DNA of 64,000 nucleotides from a virus: positions 1-64,000 of IMG/VR virus record IMGVR_UViG_3300030107_002709; one strand, 5' to 3'. Each line of letters opens with the position of its first letter. Position 1 is the first letter of the stretch. The notes beneath the pieces were generated by a model that did not search any database, was not told the origin of the DNA, and worked only from the letters and a program-made list of their open reading frames with translations. The position numbers were made by a program, and so were the translations under genes. Positions 49,050-57,225 of this stretch are shown here, piece by piece.

Positions 49050-49093
49050 ATAATACATCATATTAGGGACACTTCAACCAACAGTGTCCACTT
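49050..49093 (-). promoter_or_regulatory. early-type promoter with upstream AAGTGGACAC motif
   Basis: Motif-28nt-TATTAT; GGACACT/AGTGTCC inverted repeat. Confidence 0.6.
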
Positions 49094-49094
49094 T

Positions 49095-49730
49095 CTAGAC
49101 CGTCACATTACCAGCAATAGTGATCCTGTTCTCATCAGAACTATGGTATGGGTTAACCCCATGATGGATCCTAGAAGGGAATAGTATGATAGCACCTTCT
49201 GCTCCCTTGTCAACAGCCACGTTCTGTACGTACACACCACCATAATGAGTAGGATGTATAAAGTATGGGCATCCTGGAAAAGATTCTTTAGAAGTATTCC
49301 TATGGAAAGGAAGACTTCTTTCTTCTTCTAAAGTAAATGGTATCTTATGAAAGATAATATAACTATAGATCCCATAGTGATTGTGTGGTGGATTATATAG
49401 GTTCTTTGAAGTAATGTTAACCCAAGGGTCATCCATCTTTAGATTCTCAAAACCTATATGTGGATGCATGACCTTAGCCATCTCTGTCTCATACTCATCA
49501 GTATAATCCTTATACTGAACCCTATAAGCATTAGCAAGACCTACAACATATGGTCTCAGTAAACTAGAAGCTTCTGGTATATTAAAACAATCATCCTGTA
49601 CACCAGCAGTAGCAGCTTGGTTGCTCCTATCAGAATTGATAATAATATCATCTAATTCTTTTCTGTGTTCAGGAGTCAAATGTGTCTGCACATAACCAGA
49701 ACAAAAAAATGGTTGAAAATTAATATTCAT
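49095..49730 (-). CDS. 2OG-Fe(II) oxygenase-like protein
   Basis: WVN....YNPPHNH.G.YS, G.IILFPS...HGV.P, RITIAGN. Confidence 0.8.
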   Translation of the reverse strand: MNINFQPFFCSGYVQTHLTPEHRKELDDIIINSDRSNQAATAGVQDDCFNIPEASSLLRPYVVGLANAYRVQYKDYTDEYETEMAKVMHPHIGFENLKMDDPWVNITSKNLYNPPHNHYGIYSYIIFHKIPFTLEEERSLPFHRNTSKESFPGCPYFIHPTHYGGVYVQNVAVDKGAEGAIILFPSRIHHGVNPYHSSDENRITIAGNVTV

Positions 49731-51435
49731 TGATCATGCTATAGTTCTTAGGTTTCTCTACAGTAAGAGTTCTTTCAAACTTATCAGTCATAGATTCCTT
49801 ATGAGATATCACAAATACATTTGTGCTATCATCGAAATTACGTAAGATCCAACCAAGGTCAGAAGAACCAGATTGATCAAGCGAGCCGTCAAAGATTTCA
49901 TCGAGTATAAGAAGATTAGTGTCTACGCTATTCTTAAGCTTAGCAACGCTACGCCAAGTAAGCAACAGTGCTATATCAATACGTGCCTTTTCTCCTTCAC
50001 TGAATGACTCGTATGAAAACACATCTCTATATCTAGACTTAATAGTCTCATCAAAGTTCTCATCTAAAGTAAAGTTAACATAAAAATCCATACCTTGAAG
50101 ATACTGATTGATCAGTTTATTCATTGTAGGAAGGTATGTCTTAATGATTCTAGTCTTAATACCACTGTCCTTTAATAACTGACCAGCAACATGTAATGTA
50201 TCTTTATCCTTCTTAGTAGAAGCGATAGACTGTTTAGTAGTATTACCAGTTTCTATAAGACTCTTAAGTTTCTCAAACTCTGCTTTTTTATTTGCAGAGT
50301 CCTTAGTAAGATCATCTATCTCATTCTCAATATCTTTAATAGTATTTCTTACGGTATTAATTTGAAAATTGAATTGACTAATCTTTGAATTGATATCAAT
50401 AACCTTACCACTGAGTTCAGTAAATTTGGTTTCTCTATTCTCCTCATCTATGATAGCAACTTCTAATTCTTTAAACCCACCCTCAAGCTCACCTATCTCA
50501 GTGTTACCTTCTTCTATCTTTACTGCTCTAAATTCTTCAGATAGATCCTGTGTGCAAGTAGGGCATACATGATTGTCTTGAAAGAACTTATGCTCCTTAT
50601 GACAATTCTTAATCTTCTGTGATACCTTTGTTCTAAATGAATAAAGTTTCTTTAACTTCTTAGATACATCTGCTAGTTCCTGTAGTTCTAATTGTAATCT
50701 AGCAGCTTCTATATTCTGAACCTCTATTGCATCCAAAGAAACTTTCTCATCTGCATTAAGTTCTACTATCTTTTCTTTCTTTCTATCAATCTCACTCTGT
50801 GTCTTCTTCTCTATCTCATACATATAATTCTTTTGAAGTTCAATCCTCTGTCTCTGTATTTCAAATTGACCTTCTAAGCTCAACAGTTCTTCTTTATTCT
50901 CTCTAACCTTAACACGTAAAACATCATTCATAACAGAGAAGATTTGGATGTCTAAGATATCCTCAATAATCTCTCTACGTTGTGCACCAGGTAATCGCAT
51001 GAAAGGAACAAACGTAGATGATCCAAGTATCACAACCTGTGTGAATGACTTGTACGACATTCGTAATATATTCTGTTCTAGATTCTTCTGTTGTATTGCT
51101 ACTGTATGATCCTGATCTAAAGGTTGACCATTCATATAGATGATAAACTTGTTAGGTTTAATACCACGTACAACTGTATACTTATTGTTACCAATGTGAA
51201 ACTCTACCTCGGCAATACAATCCTTCTCATTGATACTATTAACCAATGCAGACTTACTAATCTTACGGAATCCTCTCCCAAACAAAGCAAAGGTCAACGC
51301 ATCTAAGATGGTTGACTTACCTGCACCGTTATGTCCAACGATAAGATTAGTTTTAGCTCTAGTTAAATCAATTTCAGAATAGGTATTCCCAGTACTAAGG
51401 AAATTCTTCCATCGAACCTTTTCAAATATAATCAT
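49720..51435 (-). CDS. gp46: SbcC/Rad50-like recombination endonuclease subunit (gp46)
   Basis: GHNGAGKS, CPTC hook, FSEGEK, LDEIFD, ISH. Confidence 0.96.
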   Translation of the reverse strand: MIIFEKVRWKNFLSTGNTYSEIDLTRAKTNLIVGHNGAGKSTILDALTFALFGRGFRKISKSALVNSINEKDCIAEVEFHIGNNKYTVVRGIKPNKFIIYMNGQPLDQDHTVAIQQKNLEQNILRMSYKSFTQVVILGSSTFVPFMRLPGAQRREIIEDILDIQIFSVMNDVLRVKVRENKEELLSLEGQFEIQRQRIELQKNYMYEIEKKTQSEIDRKKEKIVELNADEKVSLDAIEVQNIEAARLQLELQELADVSKKLKKLYSFRTKVSQKIKNCHKEHKFFQDNHVCPTCTQDLSEEFRAVKIEEGNTEIGELEGGFKELEVAIIDEENRETKFTELSGKVIDINSKISQFNFQINTVRNTIKDIENEIDDLTKDSANKKAEFEKLKSLIETGNTTKQSIASTKKDKDTLHVAGQLLKDSGIKTRIIKTYLPTMNKLINQYLQGMDFYVNFTLDENFDETIKSRYRDVFSYESFSEGEKARIDIALLLTWRSVAKLKNSVDTNLLILDEIFDGSLDQSGSSDLGWILRNFDDSTNVFVISHKESMTDKFERTLTVEKPKNYSMINEY

Positions 51436-51716
51436 AAAATACGTGGTGGAATAATCAAATCATCTTTGGAGTAGACAACGTAATTTGTTTCTTGATGGTC
51501 ACAAGCTTTCATTATAGCATCTCCGTCAACTTCCTCAACATCAAGTTCAGGAGTTGCTGGATCATTTATCTCATCAACAAGAAAAACATATCTCTCAGCA
51601 TCTTCCTCTGCCTCAAACATAGGCACAATCTGTTCCATGTCATCTCCAGTTACAGAGAAGACTTGTTGTGGTTGACCAGCTAGAGTGAGGATAAACATGT
51701 TCATACGACCTCGCAT
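51432..51716 (-). CDS. conserved hypothetical protein between gp47 and gp46
   Basis: FE.EEDAERY...DDLIIPP. Confidence 0.7.
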   Translation of the reverse strand: MRGRMNMFILTLAGQPQQVFSVTGDDMEQIVPMFEAEEDAERYVFLVDEINDPATPELDVEEVDGDAIMKACDHQETNYVVYSKDDLIIPPRIL

Positions 51717-52741
51717 GACTCTATGTATAGAGATTGCATCAGTTTCTTTAGATCGGTTTTGTCTACTGCTATCTCTGCTTCATCAATATATTCATTGAGA
51801 AGAGTTAGAGTATCCTTAACATTAATCTCAACATCTTCATCTAAGTCAGTGTCTACAAGGGTTTCTACGATCTTAACGTCATGAACTCCCGACTGGTATA
51901 GTCTATCTAAAATAGAATCAAACTGTGAGTAATTAGTCTTCTCTTCTACGATCAATTTTATAAACTGATCAGCATACCTTTCAGTATCAAACTCACTATA
52001 ATCATGCTCGACATCATTATAGTATATCTTACTAAAGATTTCATATGGGTTCTTAATGAACCTCAACCTATCAGTCTCTGTATCATAGATATGAAATCCT
52101 CTCTGATCCTTGTAATCATTCCAGAACATCTGATATGGATTACCTAAGTACTGGACATTATTCCTCTTAGATCTATGATGGAAGTGACCTGACCATACAC
52201 GATCAAATCTATTAAACTCTTTTATAGTACGTCCACCATCAAAATGCATACCAGGTGTAACCTCAAACCCATCTATCTCTAGATGTCCAGCACATATATC
52301 AGCATTACTATTGTTTATAAACCATTCAGATCTATCTACATTAGCAGTATTAATCCAAGGTAACAATAGAAAGTTCTTACTATCAAAGTGGATCTCATGT
52401 GGTTCACTGTAGATCTTAATATTCTCGTACTGTTCCAACAACAACTCAGGGGAATTGATATGACTACTGTTCTTATAGTATGTCGTATGATTCCCTAGAA
52501 TCATGTGTACATCATATGCTCTAAGTCTGTCGAAATAGTTAGTCTTAATCCTTGCAAAAGTATTAAAATCCAAAGACTTTCTGTTATCAAATGTATCACC
52601 CAGATCAAGGACTGTAGTGATGCCCTCTCGTTCAAGAGTAGGGAAAAATATCTCATCATAAAATCGTTGGAAAAAATTCCAGAATGGTAATGAACCCTTG
52701 CGACCATCTAGGTGCTGGTCTGTGATGATAGCAAGCTTCAT
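51701..52741 (-). CDS. gp47: SbcD/Mre11-like nuclease subunit (gp47)
   Basis: ITDQH, LGD.FD, GNH, GH, SGHFH. Confidence 0.95.
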   Translation of the reverse strand: MKLAIITDQHLDGRKGSLPFWNFFQRFYDEIFFPTLEREGITTVLDLGDTFDNRKSLDFNTFARIKTNYFDRLRAYDVHMILGNHTTYYKNSSHINSPELLLEQYENIKIYSEPHEIHFDSKNFLLLPWINTANVDRSEWFINNSNADICAGHLEIDGFEVTPGMHFDGGRTIKEFNRFDRVWSGHFHHRSKRNNVQYLGNPYQMFWNDYKDQRGFHIYDTETDRLRFIKNPYEIFSKIYYNDVEHDYSEFDTERYADQFIKLIVEEKTNYSQFDSILDRLYQSGVHDVKIVETLVDTDLDEDVEINVKDTLTLLNEYIDEAEIAVDKTDLKKLMQSLYIESCEVV

Positions 52742-52917
52742 TTTTTAGTAGTATTGCTACGTGTTCTGTTTATAATTGAAATAAATTTATCACCAGCAAA
52801 TGCTCCAGCAAGACACACATCAATCTCATCACCATCTACCCAGTTCATATCACCATTCATTTTGGTATGAAGCATGGCTTCTTGGATCTTGTCTATAACT
52901 TCTTGTGTTAATTTCAT
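52738..52917 (-). CDS. small conserved hypothetical protein (59 aa)
   Basis: Translated by hand: MKLTQEVIDKIQEAMLHTKMNGDMNWVDGDEIDVCLAG...; ATGA overlap with gp47. Confidence 0.65.
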   Translation of the reverse strand: MKLTQEVIDKIQEAMLHTKMNGDMNWVDGDEIDVCLAGAFAGDKFISIINRTRSNTTKK

Positions 52918-52990
52918 ATGAAGCTCGTGTTGCTGGATATTGTTGTCTTAGTTTTTGTACTACTGCTAGTTGTACTTCTAGTAAATTCAT
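52850..52990 (-). CDS. small hypothetical protein (46 aa)
   Basis: MNLLEVQLAVVQKLRQQYP...; coupled to upstream stop but overlaps the next ORF by 68 nt. Confidence 0.4.
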   Translation of the reverse strand: MNLLEVQLAVVQKLRQQYPATRASYEINTRSYRQDPRSHASYQNEW

Positions 52991-53163
52991 CTGCCCTCTC
53001 TTGATCTATTTCTAATAGTGATATGATTACCTTCAATAGCAAACTCTAAGTAATCTGTATGATCCCATTCAAGTTCTTCATATAGATGATTGAGTTTATC
53101 CATATCATCCCACAAGTCGGTAGGAGTAGGCTCCCCCCAAAAAGGATTATCGTCAGGATTCAT
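52987..53163 (-). CDS. small AbrB-like hypothetical protein (58 aa)
   Basis: Translated by hand: MNPDDNPFWGEPTPTDLWDDMDKLNHLYEELEWDHTDYLEFAIEGNHITIRN. Confidence 0.6.
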   Translation of the reverse strand: MNPDDNPFWGEPTPTDLWDDMDKLNHLYEELEWDHTDYLEFAIEGNHITIRNRSREGR

Positions 53164-53648
53164 CTGTTCATTTTGATTTCGATGTTTTCTTTAATACTGT
53201 TCATATCAGACTTAGAAGCATTTAGACCTACAACACCAGTATCATCAACATGCATTACTGTAGCAGAGTCAGAATGATCTAGGATCTTTTGTTTGATCTC
53301 TAGTTGCTTCTTCTCTTTTTGGATACGTCTCAAGAAAGCATAGTATATGATCTGAGTGAAGTAAGCAAAAGGATTAGAAGATTTCTCAGGATCAAAGTTA
53401 TCGATATACTGTAAGCAATTCTCAATACCATCACATATCATGTCTTCCCTAAAAGGGTAGTTCACAAAGTTTGGTTTGTAGGATAGGTGTGTAGCAATCT
53501 TAAGGAAGCACTCACCTATGTAATTAGGTACTCGTGGTTTGTCCTTCTCGTGCTCACGTGAATAAATGACTCTCTCACGATAGATAGTCATTGCTTCTAG
53601 GAGTTCTTTGTTATTTACATAGTACTCAGTTTTTGCTCTCTTGGCCAT
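53160..53648 (-). CDS. gp55: late-transcription sigma factor (gp55)
   Basis: YVNNKE, NFVNY.FREDMI.DGIENC, NPFAYFTQI.Y.AFLRRI.KEK. Confidence 0.95.
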   Translation of the reverse strand: MAKRAKTEYYVNNKELLEAMTIYRERVIYSREHEKDKPRVPNYIGECFLKIATHLSYKPNFVNYPFREDMICDGIENCLQYIDNFDPEKSSNPFAYFTQIIYYAFLRRIQKEKKQLEIKQKILDHSDSATVMHVDDTGVVGLNASKSDMNSIKENIEIKMNR

Positions 53649-53669
53649 ATCGTTCTAAATCCTGTAAGA

Positions 53670-53698
53670 AGTATAGCATACTCTGTTGCATTACGCAA
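53670..53698 (-). promoter_or_regulatory. sigma70-like promoter for gp55
   Basis: TTGCGT-17nt-TATACT with extended TG. Confidence 0.7.
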
Positions 53699-53720
53699 TG
53701 TTTAAGATTCGTAACAATGC

Positions 53721-53749
53721 TTGACGGCGATCCATAAACCCAGTACAAT
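53721..53749 (+). promoter_or_regulatory. divergent (antisense) sigma70-like promoter
   Basis: TTGACG-17nt-TACAAT on the + strand with no credible + strand gene downstream. Confidence 0.6.
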
Positions 53750-53775
53750 TCACCTTGTGGTGGTTCAAAGGAATG

Positions 53776-54195
53776 CTAGCTAGTTTTAAAGATCTTCTCT
53801 AGTAACTTTCTAGCTTCGGGAACGGATCCTACATATCCAGGAATTATTTTATTTGGATCACCTATAGCTTTGCCTTCACTAATATGTTTATTGAGTTGTT
53901 TTGCTTTCTTATCTTCAGAAATACATTTCAAATAGAAAGCTTTAATCTTTGGATCACACTCAGTCATAGTTAGTATATGTTTTTTGGGAATAAAAAACGA
54001 GTCATCAAAAGTTGAGTGCATCCATTCAGTAAGACCAAAACCTTGAACCTGAAGCTTCTTATGTTTATGTCTTACCATCTCTACTTTCATAGGTTCAAAA
54101 ATTAGGACGACCTCATCTTCAGGACAATTAGATATCCTACAGATGATCTCTTCCCCAGAGACAAACTTAATAGTAGCAAAGAATTCGTCTTCCAT
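53776..54195 (-). CDS. conserved hypothetical protein (Sm-like pattern)
   Basis: FATIKFVSGEEII...EP....W......F.I....I.TM.E. Confidence 0.75.
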   Translation of the reverse strand: MEDEFFATIKFVSGEEIICRISNCPEDEVVLIFEPMKVEMVRHKHKKLQVQGFGLTEWMHSTFDDSFFIPKKHILTMTECDPKIKAFYLKCISEDKKAKQLNKHISEGKAIGDPNKIIPGYVGSVPEARKLLEKIFKTS

Positions 54196-55649
54196 TATTG
54201 TAGATTTATTCTGATGACTTCATATTTAAAGTTCTCCCCTTTATAGATGTTAACTCTTTCGTCTAGATGTTTAAGTGTGTAGTTCCTACCACCTATATCA
54301 TCTGCAATATCATATAAGGTTGCTAGTTCTTTACCTTCCCCCTTCCTAAGTACTCTACCAATGGATTGTAAATTTCTAATACGTGATTTACTGGGAGATG
54401 CGAAGATGATATTATGAAGCCGCTTAATATTAATCCCAGTACTAAAAGTGCCGTATGACGCAATGATAACCGCATTGTCTTCAAGCTCCGTAATCTGTCT
54501 AACCTCCTCACGATCCTGAACATCAGTACCGCCGTGAACAAAAAATAGTTTCCGATCAGAATCTATAGAATTATTTATCAATTCGTGCAACGGTTCACCA
54601 TGCTTTTCGATATAATTAAACAAGACAAGCGTGTTACCATCTAAGTCTCTTACCAAATTCTTGATGAGGTTATTACGACCTTTGTGACTGACCAAGTAAT
54701 CAATCTCATCTTGGTATGTCTCGAAACCCTGAGCTGGGTGTTTACAAAACAGGATTTTGATCCTAAACTTAGAAAGGTATCCAGACTTGATTAGATCATC
54801 TGTCTTGGTTACTTGCTCACATGAACCAAAGAGTCCTTCCAGTACCCACTTGTGGGTCTGAGTACCATCCAAGGTTCCAGTGAAACCAAACCTATACTTG
54901 GCGTTATGGAGTTTGGTCATTATACTTGTTAATGACTTGGCTTTAAATAGATGAGCCTCATCTCCAATAACACAGTCTATATCATCAAAGTACCTCTTAG
55001 GAAACTTATGAATCGATTGCCAAGTTGATATAATAACATCTTTATTCGTATTCTTATCCTTACCACTGTAAATCTTATGAACATGAGACTCAGCATCCCA
55101 ACCATATTCAATAAAGTCGTTGACCATCTGCTCAACCAGACTAGTAGTGGGAACGATGATCAGCGTTTTCTTGCTGGAAGCGGTGTAGTATCTGACGAGG
55201 GAGTAGATCATAAGAGATTTACCCGAACCAGTAGGAGATAAGAAAAGCTTTCTATTATGTTTAAGAGCCTCGTACACTGCCTTGTATTGGTAGGGACGGG
55301 GTTTTATTTTGGATATTTTATCCATGAATGTCTTAACACCACGAGGTGAAACAAAATCATTTACCTCTCTAACCTTACCGTATGTCTCGTTACCTAGGTG
55401 TTGAATATTATACTGATGCTCTCCAGCCCACTCTTCTAACTGATCTAGTAGACCATGATATAGTTCTCCTGTAGCAGGTGAATACAAATGGATCATACCA
55501 TCCCAGTACTTATATCTGGGATTTCTTTTTAGGAACTTTGCTTCAGGTACTTCAAATGAAAAGTAATCTGCAAGCTCATGGTGGACATGCTGATCCCCAT
55601 GAACCTTTATGAATACCTCATTCTTTTTTTGTACCAAAATACTAGTCAT
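54195..55649 (-). CDS. uvsW: SF2 DNA helicase
   Basis: SPTGSGKS, DEAH, TGT, QSIGRVLR. Confidence 0.95.
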   Translation of the reverse strand: MTSILVQKKNEVFIKVHGDQHVHHELADYFSFEVPEAKFLKRNPRYKYWDGMIHLYSPATGELYHGLLDQLEEWAGEHQYNIQHLGNETYGKVREVNDFVSPRGVKTFMDKISKIKPRPYQYKAVYEALKHNRKLFLSPTGSGKSLMIYSLVRYYTASSKKTLIIVPTTSLVEQMVNDFIEYGWDAESHVHKIYSGKDKNTNKDVIISTWQSIHKFPKRYFDDIDCVIGDEAHLFKAKSLTSIMTKLHNAKYRFGFTGTLDGTQTHKWVLEGLFGSCEQVTKTDDLIKSGYLSKFRIKILFCKHPAQGFETYQDEIDYLVSHKGRNNLIKNLVRDLDGNTLVLFNYIEKHGEPLHELINNSIDSDRKLFFVHGGTDVQDREEVRQITELEDNAVIIASYGTFSTGINIKRLHNIIFASPSKSRIRNLQSIGRVLRKGEGKELATLYDIADDIGGRNYTLKHLDERVNIYKGENFKYEVIRINLQ

Positions 55650-56125
55650 CAATCAGTACCGTTAATGAACTTTTCCCATTCGATTGCTGACTTGATCTGG
55701 AAACCTCTATTAGATACTTGCTTCATTACACAGTCAAGAAAATAAAGCATCTGCTCAATATACTTTACCTTAGCCTCGACATTGATAACATCACTGTCTG
55801 CCTCGATATAAGTTTTCATTTTATCTTGAGTAGATATCCTACCACCAAAAGGTTTCTCAGCATATACTTTAGCATCTGCCTCGCCACCGTAATATTCTTT
55901 TTTCTCCTTGACTATCCTACGAACCTCAAACTCTAAAGACGTTTTGATCTGTTGTAAGTCAATGTAATGGTTTAAATATTTATTGTGCTGAAAAGGGATC
56001 TCTAATGCTAACTTCCCTAAGTCAGTACTGTAAGCTTTATCTTTAAATTGGAAGTCTACTTCACTATCGACTTCCCATTCAGATCTAATTGTATCAAAGC
56101 GATTACGAAGAGTTTCAAAGTTCAT
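55649..56125 (-). CDS. uvsY: recombination mediator
   Basis: H.KYL, YY.G, RGFQIKSAIEW.KF. Confidence 0.88.
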   Translation of the reverse strand: MNFETLRNRFDTIRSEWEVDSEVDFQFKDKAYSTDLGKLALEIPFQHNKYLNHYIDLQQIKTSLEFEVRRIVKEKKEYYGGEADAKVYAEKPFGGRISTQDKMKTYIEADSDVINVEAKVKYIEQMLYFLDCVMKQVSNRGFQIKSAIEWEKFINGTD

Positions 56126-56639
56126 TTAATGATGGGTCTGTTATAGTATAGAAATGATACTTAAAAGTAACATCTGCAGTCAAATATTCCTGTTGGTCTA
56201 ATGATGCATCAAAGTCCACTCCTGTAAGAGCGACTGGAAATAGTCCTGTAAAATTAACAATAAAGTTTGTGTTGAAATTTGAAGTGGTAACTAACAACTG
56301 ACCTCTACTGTACTCTGGATTATCTGGAACTGCTTCACTAGAACCAGCATTACCATTACCACGAATCCATTTATGGATTGAGTTGTAGTTAACTAGAGAC
56401 TCATCTATGATGAACCTCACCTGAAAATCTCCAAAGCTAACTCCACCACCAGGTATGATAGGTAGATCACGGAACCTTGAAGGTACTTCTGTAACAGGCA
56501 TTTGAATGTCTGGTATATTCGCTGCCTGACAAAAGAAATCCACCCCTTTAAAAAGTTCCAATTCTAATTGGAAACCAAGAGGTGAAAGATAGTTTCTGTT
56601 TGTTAGTTGCTCTTTATACCAATCAGAGGCCACGGTCAA
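56115..56639 (-). CDS. gp3: tail completion/sheath stabiliser (gp3)
   Basis: NYLSP.GF, FFCQ.ANIP, F..DE.L.NY..IH.WI, FPV.L; CTAAATA at 56657-56663. Confidence 0.85.
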   Translation of the reverse strand: MTVASDWYKEQLTNRNYLSPLGFQLELELFKGVDFFCQAANIPDIQMPVTEVPSRFRDLPIIPGGGVSFGDFQVRFIIDESLVNYNSIHKWIRGNGNAGSSEAVPDNPEYSRGQLLVTTSNFNTNFIVNFTGLFPVALTGVDFDASLDQQEYLTADVTFKYHFYTITDPSLNEL

Positions 56640-56655
56640 CTTCCCAAGCTATACT

Positions 56656-56841
56656 TTATTTAGTATACCACCAATACGGACCTTCTCCAGGTCCACCAGT
56701 GTAGTCATCATCATCATCGTCATCCCATGTGATGTTTATATTGGGTGGTTTTTTCTTCTTCCAACTATTAACTGCAATAACTGAAGCAATGGTAGCAGCA
56801 GATACTATAGGTGAAGCGAAGAGTAGTATCTTCTGTAACAT
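56656..56841 (-). CDS. small membrane-anchored protein with poly-Asp
   Basis: Hydrophobic N-terminus, DDDDDD..GG tail. Confidence 0.55.
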   Translation of the reverse strand: MLQKILLFASPIVSAATIASVIAVNSWKKKKPPNINITWDDDDDDDYTGGPGEGPYWWYTK

Positions 56842-57005
56842 TAGTAATGATATTCGTCTAGTATGTCCAATGCACTATTTAGAGCTTGCTGTGCTGACCA
56901 CCTTTCTTTGGGTGTCCAGTTTGGCCAAGCCATTTTATTATCTATATCTCTTTTAAGTTTCAACAACCTAGCCGTCATATCAACTTTGGATAGTCTTCCA
57001 TTCAT
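56841..57005 (-). CDS. small hypothetical protein (54 aa)
   Basis: Translated by hand: MNGRLSKVDMTARLLKLK...ERWSAQQALNSALDILDEYHY. Confidence 0.6.
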   Translation of the reverse strand: MNGRLSKVDMTARLLKLKRDIDNKMAWPNWTPKERWSAQQALNSALDILDEYHY

Positions 57006-57142
57006 TATGTAGAAGGCAAGGGTTCGTGTGCTTTCATAGTTGCATATGCATTGTTGTAATATGGTGTATGTGTATCACCAGCTTTTTCAAGTTGGTATAC
57101 TATAGAAGACCAAATAAGGTACTGCATGTAACTCTTTTGCAT
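57005..57142 (-). CDS. small hypothetical protein (45 aa), possibly leaderless
   Basis: MQKSYMQYLIWSSIVYQLEKAGDT...; ATG 5 nt after TATAAT. Confidence 0.5.
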   Translation of the reverse strand: MQKSYMQYLIWSSIVYQLEKAGDTHTPYYNNAYATMKAHEPLPST

Positions 57143-57147
57143 AATAT

Positions 57148-57177
57148 ATTATAACATGTATTCAAGTATATAGGCAA
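57148..57177 (-). promoter_or_regulatory. sigma70-like promoter
   Basis: TTGCCT-18nt-TATAAT with extended TG. Confidence 0.6.
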
Positions 57178-57203
57178 TAAAAAAGCACCCTTTCGGGTGC
57201 TTT
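57176..57203 (-). terminator. intrinsic terminator after gp23
   Basis: AAAGCACCC-GAAA-GGGTGCTTT then T tract. Confidence 0.9.
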
Positions 57204-57225
57204 GTATGAGTATCGTAACCTCGAT

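Noticed and set aside
52738-52746. T_AAA_AAA slippery-like run before gp47
   Set aside because: Ordinary ATGA stop/start overlap; gp47 has its own ATG
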